From the IMG/VR virus record IMGVR_UViG_3300048670_000627, positions 1 through 39,464 of that record: a stretch of 39,464 bases of DNA, one strand, 5' to 3'. The notes under the pieces were generated by a model that saw only the letters and a list, made by a program, of their open reading frames with translations, had not been told where the DNA came from and made no database searches. The stretch is from a virus. Its lineage: Duplodnaviria; Caudoviricetes. Below, piece by piece: positions 7,788-19,700 of the stretch. Numbering within the stretch: the first letter of the stretch is position 1; each line of letters opens with the position of its first letter. The position numbers and the translations under genes were made by a program.

Positions 7788-9065
7788 TTAAGGGATTACC
7801 TCTAAATCGTTGTAATTATTTCCTTCATATGCTCGGACAGGGAATCCACCACGCTCCATTACCGTTCGGAGTGTCGTTAAAACCCATTCCCGTTCTATTG
7901 GGTGGGTATCTATTAGAAGTGAGTCGTATGTATATAAAACGGGTTTACTCATCTTACCTTCCATTACAGCAAGTATCTCCGCCAACTTCTTGTAATTTAT
8001 TTCCGTTTCCAGCGCTTGTAGTAGATAGTTAAAGACCTTTTGTTTGGTAGGGGCTTCAATTCGGCTAAAATGGATTTGGCGTTTGAAGATTGGTGTCGTA
8101 AGGTTTCCAGAAATTACAAACCCATTCCACATACCATCCAACCACTCCCCAACCTTTTTATAGAATGGTATATCCTTTACGGCATCCGTTATACCACCAT
8201 ATAGATAAGTAAATGTTATCCCTTTTGATTCGGCTTCGGTAACACCATAGTATTGCGCAAGGTGTCCATGCGCCGTAACCCCCTCCGGTATTTCGTAACC
8301 AACGATTCGGGCTATAAGCCGGACGTGATACGATTCCCAATCCATTTGTATAAGGCTACCACCCTGCGCAGAGTAGCGAGTTATCACCGATTGACGACTA
8401 CCATCCTCTTTTGGCATTGCGGACCAGTTTACTCCTAAGTGGCGATTGGAAGGTCTGCCAGTAATTGTGTATGGGTTGTATTTGGTATAGGCTTTGTGGC
8501 GGTGTATGTATTCGGGATTGAAAGCGTATCTATCAATAAATTTTTCCTCATCGACTGCTACCCCAGCCCCTTCCAGCCTTCCTAATTGTCGGATTGCTGA
8601 TGTATATAGTTTATCGGATTCTCTGCTTTCAGTAATGTCCGGCAACTCTTTTAATTTCTCATACCATTTCATTAGTGGTATGCAATCATTGAGTTGCTTA
8701 AATTCGTTTCTATACCCTCTATAAACCGATTCTACGAACTCACCAAAGATAAAAGGTGTCTTATTCGTTTCAAACCAAACCCACTCTAAATCCAGTCCAT
8801 TCACCGCCTGTAAGTATCGGATTCCATATACCAATGTGTCGGCATCCGTTATCTTTGTAAAATCAGGAATTTTATCTATCTTTGCCGCATCTATGTGATT
8901 GAAGTTAATTATACCGTCAGAATCTGCGGTGCGATAATATATGAATGATATACGATTTCCCCACTCATGTGCCTTTGGTGAAGACCATACGGGTACCAAT
9001 AGAGTTAGAACTGGTCCACTCTTTATGAAATCGGTTAGTTGTTTATTCTTTTCAATTAAATTCAT
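7788..9065 (-). CDS. Short, divergent family A DNA polymerase-like protein (425 aa)
   Basis: TITGRPSN (TGRLSS-like), motif A LIQMDWESYHVR, motif B SKGITFTYLYG, FNYLLQALETE (NxxIQG-like), motif C LYTYDSLLID. Confidence 0.85.
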   Translation of the reverse strand: MNLIEKNKQLTDFIKSGPVLTLLVPVWSSPKAHEWGNRISFIYYRTADSDGIINFNHIDAAKIDKIPDFTKITDADTLVYGIRYLQAVNGLDLEWVWFETNKTPFIFGEFVESVYRGYRNEFKQLNDCIPLMKWYEKLKELPDITESRESDKLYTSAIRQLGRLEGAGVAVDEEKFIDRYAFNPEYIHRHKAYTKYNPYTITGRPSNRHLGVNWSAMPKEDGSRQSVITRYSAQGGSLIQMDWESYHVRLIARIVGYEIPEGVTAHGHLAQYYGVTEAESKGITFTYLYGGITDAVKDIPFYKKVGEWLDGMWNGFVISGNLTTPIFKRQIHFSRIEAPTKQKVFNYLLQALETEINYKKLAEILAVMEGKMSKPVLYTYDSLLIDTHPIEREWVLTTLRTVMERGGFPVRAYEGNNYNDLEVIP

Positions 9066-9071
9066 ACGAAC

Positions 9072-9102
9072 TCAATATAAGAAAAATATTCCGATTTACA
9101 AA
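9072..9102 (-). promoter_or_regulatory. Bacteroidota-type promoter variant upstream of the polymerase gene
   Basis: TTTG (9102-9099), 19 nt, TATATTGA (9079-9072); shares TATTTTTCTTATATT with the promoter at 2613-2644; 6 nt before the ATG. Confidence 0.6.
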
Positions 9103-9103
9103 A

Positions 9104-9481
9104 TTATTTCTTATAAAATTGTAGAAGGTTGGGTAGGTATAACTTTATGTTTTTTAGAATAGTCGATGCCGTTGCTAGTCCAGCTTTATTTGAATCGGTA
9201 ACACCTTTATCTTCAATTTCACCTTTATTATTAAATACCGGCTCCAATGGGCCGGATATTCTCCACTTTATACTATCTCCCATCCAAAATGGATTTTTAG
9301 TATATTCTACATATACTTTTGAATCTACTTCAAATATATGTCCTTCTGGCTCATTTGCTTTTCTCACAAAATATCTACGAATAAATCCTATTTGATAATC
9401 GCTTTCTTTTGGCGTAGGTACTATTGTTTGCGGATATTTTATTACAAACAAATCAAGGGTTTTGGCTATATCTTTATACAT
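9104..9481 (-). CDS. Hypothetical protein, probably baseplate-associated
   Basis: 125-aa ORF at the end of the baseplate gene run; function inferred from position only. Confidence 0.6.
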   Translation of the reverse strand: MYKDIAKTLDLFVIKYPQTIVPTPKESDYQIGFIRRYFVRKANEPEGHIFEVDSKVYVEYTKNPFWMGDSIKWRISGPLEPVFNNKGEIEDKGVTDSNKAGLATASTILKNIKLYLPNLLQFYKK

Positions 9482-9487
9482 TACTAT

Positions 9488-11977
9488 TTACTTTTTTGTT
9501 ATAATTCTATGGTCCGCTTCAATGGTAGTTGTCCAGCCATCTTTTGAAACATTATGTTTAGTATTTGTGATTTGAAAAACGCCAATTTTATTATATATTT
9601 CCGGTACACCATCAACATTAAAGTACTGCCCACAACGGAATCCACTAAATCCATCGACAGTTATAGTAACAGTTACAGGTGAAACAGTTGGTTTATTTTT
9701 ATCATTGGTTTTTTCGTTTATTTTTTTACGTATAAAAGCCGGGTCTTTGTATATTAAAACTACATTTTTACTTTTTGCATTTTCATCAATTAGGAAGTTT
9801 ATAGATTTTGATTTTATAACCTCACTCAACTCTTCTGCTTCTTTTGTAGTTTCTTCCGTTTTAGTATCTTCCGATTGTACTTGCGATTTTTTTATTTCAG
9901 CCTCTTTAGCTTTTTGGAAGTTTTCCTCTATTCGTTTAAATTCAACATTATTTATTGAATACCAACCATCTGCGTTTCCAAATGTAGAATTATCAATTGC
10001 CTTATACGCCTGTGGTGGTAATTCTAGTGAATTAATATCTATATCTTCTTTTTTAAGCTGTGTTCCGGCTTTTTTTGCCTTATCTATTGCTTCTTGCTTT
10101 GCTAAGGCCAAAAACTTTCCAGAATTAAAAATAGTTCTACCTGCTATCAGATTACTCATTTCAAAATTGAAAGAAAACTCTTTAACTATTGATTTTATAG
10201 TAGTTGGTTTGAATCTATAACTTTCAACCTCATTTTGATCAATTATTCCCTGTGGTGCGAATCTATAGTCAAATACAGATCCTGGACCATTATCATTTTG
10301 AACTCCATAGACTAAATTATAGAGCCCATATCCGTGCTGATTTACAACACCCAATATCTTTTCTAAAAAATCTATCCGTGTATATGTTGATTTCCAATTT
10401 TTTACTACCGTTTCGTATTTGATAAATATGTTTAAGGCGTTACCAATTTTCAAAACAGAATTATCTTTAAAATTTGGAGTTATAATAGTTTTTCTATCAT
10501 TTGGTAAAATTAAATTTTTACCTGTATAGTGAAAATCCAATCTTTTATTTCCCTCTCCGATTGTACCATTTATGTCTGAATTTAAATCTAATATTTCTTC
10601 ATTGATTCCATCTATCTTTTTTTTACTTCCTTTTTTTCGTGTTATGGCCTCTCTAATTCTCGGTATATTATTTCTTGGAAAAATTATTTGATCGGAACTA
10701 GATAGCATAGACTCATGTGATGTAACGGGAATAATTTCTATATCCTCTCCATTTTCAACTTGAAACTTACCAACTTCAAGTTTAAAAAATTTATCATCAA
10801 GATTACCACCCACAAGTACATAGTTCATTAATATTTTAAGAATAAATCTCAATGAAATATATGCATCACTGGATGCGATTGTGTCCTTTTGTTCCTTATT
10901 TATTTTTAAGAAATTAAACCAATCAACAGACCAACTACCCTTATGATCGGGTACATTTTCATCGAGTAATTTATTGAATTTAGTAGTATCAAGATTAAAA
11001 TCCGTAACAATCAATTCTTTTATTTGGTCAATAGGTGTAAACTCCAAATCTTTTGGTGTAACTGCTGTTTTACTTTTTTGAGTTGGTGTACTATGTGGTA
11101 TTGCTAATGATATTTGGTTTCCTTGTGATATTTCTATATCAACATTATAAGTACCATCTGCTTCTATTGAAAAATTATAATTAGTAACTTTTCCAGCAAC
11201 CAAATCAAAGCTACCCAAAGATTTTTCAACGCGCTCAATGTAATCAATTGAACCGGTTCTATCCGACCTAAAGTATTTATAAAAATCAGTTTCGCAAAAT
11301 TTACCATAGTCAATTTTTGGTACCAGAGCATTTTCTATATTAGAATATGTTTCCATTGGTTTTACCTGGCCATCTTGATATATTTTATATGTTTTTTTAT
11401 CGTTAGTAACAGGCTGATTCGGTTGCGCATTTTTTTTAAACCCATCCATGTATTTTAAGGTAGAATCTCCAAATTCCAACAAAACACTCATTCCTGGCTT
11501 CATAAAGAACAATTCAAACATCTCAAGCTGTTTCAATGTAAAACATCTAACTTTGACGTTTGCTGTTTTTAATGTGTTATTTGCCCCGTCGGTATCTATA
11601 TCAATAGATTCTACAATCGGCGTTGATACTTTGCGGCCGGCTTCACCTTCAACTTCTATAACTTTTCCTGTAAAATCTATACCAACAGGCGTTCTACCCG
11701 TTGAATATGATAACGATATATCATGTATATTACTAGCTATTATACACCCCTGATACGAATCGGGTGGGGTTTTACCTATTATCTCTATTACAGCACTTTT
11801 TCTTGCTTCCGAATCGGAATCAAATATTGTATTATCACCTCTAACAACAAGTGCTGCCGAAGTCAATATAGCAAACGGCTGTTTTTGAAGCATAGACTTT
11901 TTTGTGTCGGCCTCTCTATCTTCCATAACCTGTTTAATCCAAGGTGAAAATGGTGCTAAAAACGGAAAAAATCCCAT
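9488..11977 (-). CDS. Baseplate hub-like protein (gp27/VgrG-type fold suspected)
   Basis: The C-terminal VTITVDGFSGFRCGQYFNVDG...FQITNTKHNVSKDGWTTTIEA is typical of hub proteins; follows the gpX/LysM-like gene. Confidence 0.6.
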   Translation of the reverse strand: MGFFPFLAPFSPWIKQVMEDREADTKKSMLQKQPFAILTSAALVVRGDNTIFDSDSEARKSAVIEIIGKTPPDSYQGCIIASNIHDISLSYSTGRTPVGIDFTGKVIEVEGEAGRKVSTPIVESIDIDTDGANNTLKTANVKVRCFTLKQLEMFELFFMKPGMSVLLEFGDSTLKYMDGFKKNAQPNQPVTNDKKTYKIYQDGQVKPMETYSNIENALVPKIDYGKFCETDFYKYFRSDRTGSIDYIERVEKSLGSFDLVAGKVTNYNFSIEADGTYNVDIEISQGNQISLAIPHSTPTQKSKTAVTPKDLEFTPIDQIKELIVTDFNLDTTKFNKLLDENVPDHKGSWSVDWFNFLKINKEQKDTIASSDAYISLRFILKILMNYVLVGGNLDDKFFKLEVGKFQVENGEDIEIIPVTSHESMLSSSDQIIFPRNNIPRIREAITRKKGSKKKIDGINEEILDLNSDINGTIGEGNKRLDFHYTGKNLILPNDRKTIITPNFKDNSVLKIGNALNIFIKYETVVKNWKSTYTRIDFLEKILGVVNQHGYGLYNLVYGVQNDNGPGSVFDYRFAPQGIIDQNEVESYRFKPTTIKSIVKEFSFNFEMSNLIAGRTIFNSGKFLALAKQEAIDKAKKAGTQLKKEDIDINSLELPPQAYKAIDNSTFGNADGWYSINNVEFKRIEENFQKAKEAEIKKSQVQSEDTKTEETTKEAEELSEVIKSKSINFLIDENAKSKNVVLIYKDPAFIRKKINEKTNDKNKPTVSPVTVTITVDGFSGFRCGQYFNVDGVPEIYNKIGVFQITNTKHNVSKDGWTTTIEADHRIITKK

Positions 11978-11983
11978 AGTAAC

Positions 11984-12286
11984 TTATTTATTTAATCGTT
12001 CTAAATCGTATGTTATTCTACTCAAATCGGTTGGTATTCTTAATTGACGCCCTTCTTCTACATAAAAGTTTGCATCATTAAGATTATTAGCAACAGCTAT
12101 TATCCACCATTTAGTAGTATCATTGTAATATTTTTTTGCCAAAAGGTCAAGTCTATCACCGGCTTCCGATATAATATAAAAATCAGCATCGGATGGTTTG
12201 ATATTTGGATATATTGTTGATTCAAAATAACTTCGGTTGGTGTCCTCTTCTTTTATAGTCTTTGTATATAGATATCTATTTGACAT
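11984..12286 (-). CDS. LysM-like baseplate protein (P2 gpX / T4 gp53-like)
   Basis: GDRLDLLAKKYYNDTTKWWIIAVANNL...GRQLRIP. Confidence 0.8.
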   Translation of the reverse strand: MSNRYLYTKTIKEEDTNRSYFESTIYPNIKPSDADFYIISEAGDRLDLLAKKYYNDTTKWWIIAVANNLNDANFYVEEGRQLRIPTDLSRITYDLERLNK

Positions 12287-12288
12287 GA

Positions 12289-13725
12289 TTATTGTTTAGA
12301 TGGTTGTGGGGTTGAGTTATTGGTAAAATAATTTACATATTGGTTACCATCTTCTTTGGATTCACCATACTCGTAAGTGTACGTAACAACATCTTTATCA
12401 TTTACTTTTTGTGTAGTCTTTTTTATAGCTGGGTGTTCTATTATTTTCATTCCTATTGAAACATTTATTACCGTTGGATATGGTGTTTCGGTTGAGCCAT
12501 CAAAATAATCGGGAACAGTTGTTGCCCAAGGTGTTGTATCATCTATTGAAAAACTTAAACTATCAATTATACCTAATATATTTTCATATAAACCATTTAT
12601 CGTTAAATAAACTAAATTAGGTGCAAAAAATAATTGAGAAACTATCTGCTTATCACCAGGATAAGTTGCTACACTTATATTTTCATCTGGAAAAACTAAT
12701 TTTCTTAACCGATTTAAGTTATTTATCATAGATATTTTTGATGTTTGATCCAAATAATACATCTTTACATCAAACTTCAAAGTTCTTTCAACTCCACCAT
12801 AACGATATAAATTGAATGGCGACCCGACATATTTAAATGAATTTATTTCAGGCGCAAAATCTTCGGATATTCCACTTATAGTACCTGGTAATACGATATC
12901 ATTAAGACGTGTTGATGTTTTACCATAAGTTCTAAATTTTACAAAAGTTTGTTGTACATTAGTATTATCCTTATCTATTTTCTCCAAACTTGCTTCATAA
13001 GTTTTCTCATTGGCCGCAGCAGTTAATACATCGTTACTTACTGTGTCCCATGTAATATAGTCTTTACTTCTGCTTTTCAGACCCACTCTTACATACTCTT
13101 TGGCGTTGCCACCCTTACTATATTCGTTTGTTTTTTCTTCGTATGCTATGAAATGTTTTGAGTAAAAATACCCAGCTCTTTGTAGTTTTCCGTTTGTATC
13201 TTTTTCATACGCAGGTCCATAATTTTTACCACGCTCCGCTTCGCTTAATAACTTAAAATAATTTTTTACGTTTTTTAATGCATTTTTGCTCCCAAGTTTA
13301 CTTACTAATTGTAATGCGGCTGTTTGGGCGGCGGCGGGGCTTTTTACGGCATTTTTTATAAAGTTTGCAATATTTGCTCCAGGAGATGGTTCGGTTTTTA
13401 CAAAATAATTTTTATCCGGTTCAATCGCATTTCTCAACTGAGCTACGGTTGGTATAACGGATATTGGTTTAGATAGTAAACTATTATTTTTGAAAATTGT
13501 ATCAGATGGTCGATTTGCATTACCGCCCAATAAAGCGCCTCCGGCACTACCAATTAGGTCACCTATTGCATTTGGTGATGCTAAAAGAAGTGCGGCCTGT
13601 CTTGGTGGGTTGATTAAGCCTCGACTTTCTATCAATACCTTACCGGAAATGCCACCCAAAGGTCCCGAAGAAGTGTATAACTCCTTTTTTCGGTCTTTGA
13701 ATAATTCCATTATTGTTTTTGCCAT
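12289..13725 (-). CDS. Tail tube initiator / baseplate protein (gp48/gp54-like)
   Basis: ISGISEDFAPEINSFKYVGSPFNLYRYGGVERTLKFD...P.LVYLTI...GIIDSLSFS tube-like domain; directly follows the tape measure gene. Confidence 0.6.
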   Translation of the reverse strand: MAKTIMELFKDRKKELYTSSGPLGGISGKVLIESRGLINPPRQAALLLASPNAIGDLIGSAGGALLGGNANRPSDTIFKNNSLLSKPISVIPTVAQLRNAIEPDKNYFVKTEPSPGANIANFIKNAVKSPAAAQTAALQLVSKLGSKNALKNVKNYFKLLSEAERGKNYGPAYEKDTNGKLQRAGYFYSKHFIAYEEKTNEYSKGGNAKEYVRVGLKSRSKDYITWDTVSNDVLTAAANEKTYEASLEKIDKDNTNVQQTFVKFRTYGKTSTRLNDIVLPGTISGISEDFAPEINSFKYVGSPFNLYRYGGVERTLKFDVKMYYLDQTSKISMINNLNRLRKLVFPDENISVATYPGDKQIVSQLFFAPNLVYLTINGLYENILGIIDSLSFSIDDTTPWATTVPDYFDGSTETPYPTVINVSIGMKIIEHPAIKKTTQKVNDKDVVTYTYEYGESKEDGNQYVNYFTNNSTPQPSKQ

Positions 13726-13740
13726 CTATACTTTGTTTAG

Positions 13741-13749
13741 TATAAATAT
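13741..13749 (-). promoter_or_regulatory. ATATTTATA putative late promoter
   Basis: Intergenic, 15 nt before the ATG at 13725. Confidence 0.55.
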
Positions 13750-13775
13750 CTAATTAAATAAAATGTTATTGGCCA

Positions 13776-16700
13776 TTAATCGCCGCCGCCGCCAGTTTCT
13801 GGTGATGTTCCCTTTTCGCTATCTTCTCTTCTCTTTATAACTCTACTAACTTGCTTACCATCAATCATCAATCTAATTTGGCCATCGTTTTCATTATTTG
13901 TAAGCATTGCATCTAAAAGAGATTGTAGATTTTTATTAACTTGAATCAATTGTGCTGTCTGATTATTTAGGTTTAGTACCTTATCATTTAATTTTTGAGA
14001 GTTTACTGCTGTAACAAATTCGTTTTTAGCTATGTTTGAATTTATTTTTGCCGTTTGTATATTAGCAGCATTAGCAGCCTGTTCTAATGGATTAGTTGCA
14101 GTTACGGCTTTTGATGCAATATTATTCAAACTGGTATTCATCATCTGCATTAATCCATACTCCGCTACTCCACGCATATTTGCTTCTTGCTGTATCATTG
14201 TAAGTATACTATCTGTGGTTGAAACTTGACCAGTCCCCACCATACTATCCATTTTAGTTGATATTCCTGTTAATGTGGTATTCATCAAACTAAATTGATT
14301 GTTATATCCCATACCCACCCAAGTTATAAGACTATTCAAATTAGTATTCATAGTTTGCATTAATCCATACATTAATATACCACGAGTATCGGCTTGAGTT
14401 TGAATTAATTTTTGTGTGGCCTCAGTAGCTAGTGAAACTGCGGGAGTCGCAGCCGGTGCAGTAGTTGCGGCTGTTGTTGCCGTTGTTGTGCCTGCTGCCG
14501 TTGTTGTACCTGCTGCCGTTGTTGTGGTTGTCGTTGGGGTTGTTGTGCCTGTTGCTGTTGTTGTGGTTGTACCCTGTTGTGCTTGTTGTAATGCTAGTTC
14601 ATTTGTACGTGTTTGTGCAACGGCTAATAATTTTTGTTTTTCTCTTATTTTAGCGAGTTCATCATCGGTTACATTATAAGCTTGTTTGTATTCAGCAAAG
14701 TTCATTTGTTCACCTTTACTATTTTTATTCACGCCGGTATCACCCACTGATGCATTCAGAATATTTTGCTCTCTGGCACTTAATGCTTCTGCTTTGCCCA
14801 TTCTTTTGGCCATTACACCCTTTGTCTTATCATAGGACCCTTCATATTCTCTAGTTGCAAGTTTACCACCTATGATTTGTGCGCTACCCATTTCACCTTT
14901 CCACAAAAGTTGCTCAGTCAATCTAGTCGTTTCAATCATTTGCTGCAATACCGCATCTCTCCAAGCGGCTTCATCATCTGCAAGTTCTCCAGTCCTTTCA
15001 GCTATGGCGAATGACCTATCCATAGTGGCATCAACCGATGTATTTATTGCTATTAAGCTTTGTAACGCTGCTTGTTGGTTTGCTTCTCGTTCGGCAGCGG
15101 CCTTTTGTGCCTCTGCTTCTGCGCTATACCAGTTATTCCATATACCTACAGCTCCACCTATTATTCCACCTACAGCCGCACCAACAGCATTACCTATTCC
15201 TGGAATAAAACTACCAATCATAGCACCATATCCAGCGTATTCAAGAGCAGTACCAACCGTATCGGCTATTCTACCTTCAGTTAGTGCGGCTAAATTACCG
15301 GTTGCAACTGCTTCATCTTTTTTATAATCACCATACACTTGTGCCAAACCACCAACCACTCCGGTAACTATACCCAATGGGCCGCTCGTAGCTTTCATAG
15401 CTATTTTTCCAGCCATACTAGTTCCAACTTTTGCTAATGTATTTGTTGCAACCTTTCCTATTGCAGTTTTTGCAACACCTTCTATTACCTCTCCTCCCGT
15501 CTTTTTTATGGCGGTTATACCTAATTTTTCAGAAACTTTTGATAATCCAGTTTTTCCAGCGGATTCGGCAACTTCTTGTCCTACTACCTTTGTGCCGCTT
15601 TTAGCAACATTTTTACTTATAGCGTTAAATCCAGCCGTACTTGCCTTTTGCATTCCAACTAATCCCAACTCAAGTGCTTCATTTGTAAGAACACCAGCAG
15701 TGGTTGCCTTTATCTCCTGATTTAATAGGTCTGCACTTTCCGACCAATAATCGGCTGATGTATATAATTGTTCTTTAAGATAATCGTTAGATATTCCAAC
15801 TTGAGAACTAAGTGCTGCTATGCAACTACATATATCGGTACTGGCTAATGCTCCGGTTTGTGTTTGTTCTCCAGGAGTAACCGTTTCAACTGTTGGTTCG
15901 GTTTGTTCTTCAGCCGAAGCCGCACTTCCACCAGAAATCATATCCGATGCTGCCGATACAACAGTTGGTAATAACAAAGCTGCGCCAACTCCGAAAAGTC
16001 CTTTAGCTTTTATTCCACGACTTTTTCTAGATGGTCTACTACGTGATGATTTTGTTTTAGTTTTTTTAGATGTGCCGCTGGTTGATTTTGTTTTTCGTTT
16101 ACCCCCCGCAGTAGTCTTTTTTGAGCCTCCAGTAGATGTTTGGGATTTTCCGGTTAATTTATTTTGTAAGAAACCACTACCAATGTTAGTTAGCGCACTT
16201 GTAAGTACACCCCCAACAATTCCACCAATAGCACCTAATGCATTTTCAAACATGGACTTTTCAGGTGCAAATTGTTTAGTTTGTATGGCCGCCTCTATTA
16301 TATTCTTATTAAAAGTTTTTAAATTCTCCGTAAGAGTATCATATGTTTTTTCTAATAAACCTTGAGCTTTCTCCCTTGCTAACATTTCATCATTCAAACC
16401 CTTCTCTACCTTTTCTTTTCTTATTTGTCCCTCAAGATCTGCATCCTTTTTTTGTTGTTCTAATATGGCCTGTTGAGCCTTAGTATAGTCTGGACTTTGT
16501 AATAATGACTCTAATGCCTTTTGTGAAGTTTTAGCATCTATTATAGCCTGCTGTGCAGATATTTGTGCTTGCTCCGAATTTAATGCAGCTTGCGCTGCTA
16601 CATTTCTTTTTAAGTAGTCCTGATTTGCTGCTCCAGCTTTTCCGGCTGCTAATTCAGCAGTCTTACCATCTTTTGTAGCAATTTTTTGAAGTGACCCCAA

Positions 16701-19700
16701 ATCCATTCCACCAAGGGCTTGAGAAAGTGCTTCCTGTTGGAACATATCCATATCTTCCGGATTAAGTCCCTGTGCCTTTAATGCATCCAAAGCACCTGAT
16801 GTATCTCCTTCTGCGAATTTAGCTCTTACTTCGGAAAGGTCTACCTGTTCACCTAACATTGTGCTTAATTGCATTTCAGCTTTGATACTATCTTTATAGT
16901 TTAGTACCATACTCTTACCGGCTTTAGCTATATCTCCAAAGTTTACGCCCATTGATTGAGCATATGCAACTTGTTTTGCTAAAGCCTTTCCACTTTTTAT
17001 TTGATAACCCAATGCATCTTTTGAAGCACTGGCAACTTCTTGCATTAAATTACCAAGAGATATACCGGAATTGTCAGCCAATGCCCTCATACCCTCTTGC
17101 ATATTCATTGCAGCCTCTGCTGATACTTTTTCAGTTGCTTGAAAAAATTCATTCATTTCTGCAATACTTTCTACGGATTGCCCAGTCCTATCAGCCATTA
17201 TAGCCATATCAGCAGCTGCCTTACCTGTTGGCATTTTACCAGTTGCGGCGGATGCTGCACTCATTGCTCCGGCTATTTTATCGGCACTAATTCCGGCCAT
17301 TTGTAATTGGGCTGCACCATATCCAACTCCACCTAATTTATTACCAAAGAGTGCTGTTTTAGATGCTGCTCTAAATTGTGCTGCGGCAGATTGCATAGAG
17401 GCCGCAAAAGAGTTTGCTGCCTTTTCGGCTGCAAAAGCTGCTTCGTTTTGTAATTTAACTAATTCTAATGCATGATCGGCCTGGCTTTTTTCTAATTCCC
17501 TTTGGTTTTTCTTAGCAACATTACTTATATCTACTTCAATATCCTCTTTTTGCTTTGCAACTTCCAAATCAATGGCACCCCTTTCTTTAGCCAAGTAAAG
17601 TTCTTTCATAGAAACATCGCCAGCTTTTTTACCAGTGGCCGTTTCCATAACCTGTTTCATTTGCGGAGCTGCGCCTCTATCCGTAGGTAGTGCAGTCATT
17701 GCTTTGGTATCACCCTTTGCCTGAACAGCAACCTCTACTTCTCCAAATTGTTTAAGTGCATTTATTTGATTTTCTATTCTTTCATTACGAAACTCAATAT
17801 CAACTTGGAAAGGTGCTGCGAAGTAATCTGTAGCAAGTTTTCCTAATACTGCTCCCAATGCTACTAATGCCATTTTTGCTCCAGGAATATCTCCACTCGC
17901 CATCTTCTTAAATACATCGGATAATTGGCTTGCGGCAGGTATACCACTACTACCCAATTCATCCATAGCAGTATTGAATCCATTTAAAATCTTTTCGGAT
18001 TTTTCAGCATTTTTTACAAATTCTTCACTAGCTTCTGCAGCACCTTTAAACGTATTAACTAGAGCTCTGCCAGCATCCGTTGAAGTATCTATTAATCCTA
18101 TTTGTTTTTCAAAATCCTCATTAGAATCTTTTACTAGTTTATTGTATTCTTCTAATGTTATTTTTTTATCTTTTAGTTGTTTTTTTGCATTTATAATAGT
18201 GTTTTCTAAATCCACATATGCATCGGCGGCAGCGGTTGCTTGGTTTTTTAAATCCCCTTGTTCATCCGTTATTGATGCAATTAGATTAGATATACTTGCT
18301 AAATTAGTTTCTATACTTCCTTGTCTAGCCTGTGCTAACTCCGCCAGTTCTGAATATTTTTCGTATTGTAGGTTTGTCTTTGAAAACTGAGCATTTAAGT
18401 CTTGAACACCTTTTATTCTATTTTTTTCGTATTGACTTAACTTACCTTGTATATCTATTTGCCCACTTAATTCATTTTTTTGTTTTGTATATATTTCAAC
18501 CAACTTACGACCTTCCTCTGTACTCGTATCAATTTTTGAAATTAATTTATCGTAATCTTTATATGATTCTACTATTAACTTATTATATTCGTCTTGTTTT
18601 ATTTTACCTTTATCTAATTGAGACTGTGCCGATATTATAGAGTTTTCAAAATTAACATACGCATCTGCGGTAGCATCTGCTTGCTTTTTTAATTCCGATT
18701 GGGTTTCAGGTAATTTTGAAGTTATTTCTGCAATATTATTTAAATTATCCTTTATAGTAGCTTGTCTTTGGTTTACAAGTTCAATTATTTTTAAGTTTTG
18801 CTCTTCTCCTTTATTAACTCTATCTATTGCACTATTGAGAGTTTTAATACCATCTATTCTGTCTATTTCGGATTGAGTTATTAACTTTTGAATATCAACT
18901 TGCTCCCCTATTTTCTTTTTTTGCTCTGAGTATATTTTTACTAAATCTTTACCTTCCTTTGTAGTAGTATCAATTTTTGAAATTAATTTATCAAATTCCT
19001 TATACGATTCAACAATAGTTTTATTAAATTGTTCTTGAGTTATAGTATTATCGGCAAGTTCTTTTTTTGAGCTTATAATGGATAGGTTTAAGTTTTTATA
19101 GCTTTCAGTAGTAACTTGTGCCTGCTTACTCAGTCCTTTTTGTGATTCTGGTAGTTTTGTAATTATTGTAGCAACACTACTTAATGTATCTTTTATATTT
19201 TTAACATTTGGTAGTGTTTTTTTAAACTCTTTTCCGTATGCCTGTGTGTTTGATGTAATACTGCCCGTTAAACTCTCCAATTCTTCCGTATCAACAATAA
19301 TTTTTCTTAGATTCTTCTGTCTTTCTTTTTCTTTAACTAATATTTTATTTTGAGTAGCAGATGCTTTTTCTAATTCCTTTGTGTTTTTTTCTTGAGTTTT
19401 TAAAATATCTTTTGCATCTTTAACCGCATTTTTATTACTACTTATTTCTTTAGTTTTTAAAGCAATTATTTTTTCGGCATGCGCTAATCTTTGCTTATCA
19501 TTTTTTGTAAGCTCTGTATCTATTTCTAATAACTCTTTTTTTCTTGCTTTAGCATCTTCAAGAGTTTTTAGATTTTTTTCATTTGTCTTTAATAGTTTTT
19601 CCGCTTGTTTTGCCTCATCTTTTCCTTTATCTACTATTTTTTGTTTTGCGGCAACAAGTTTCTCAGCGGCTTTTAAGTCTTCCTCATAGCCGGTCTTTTT

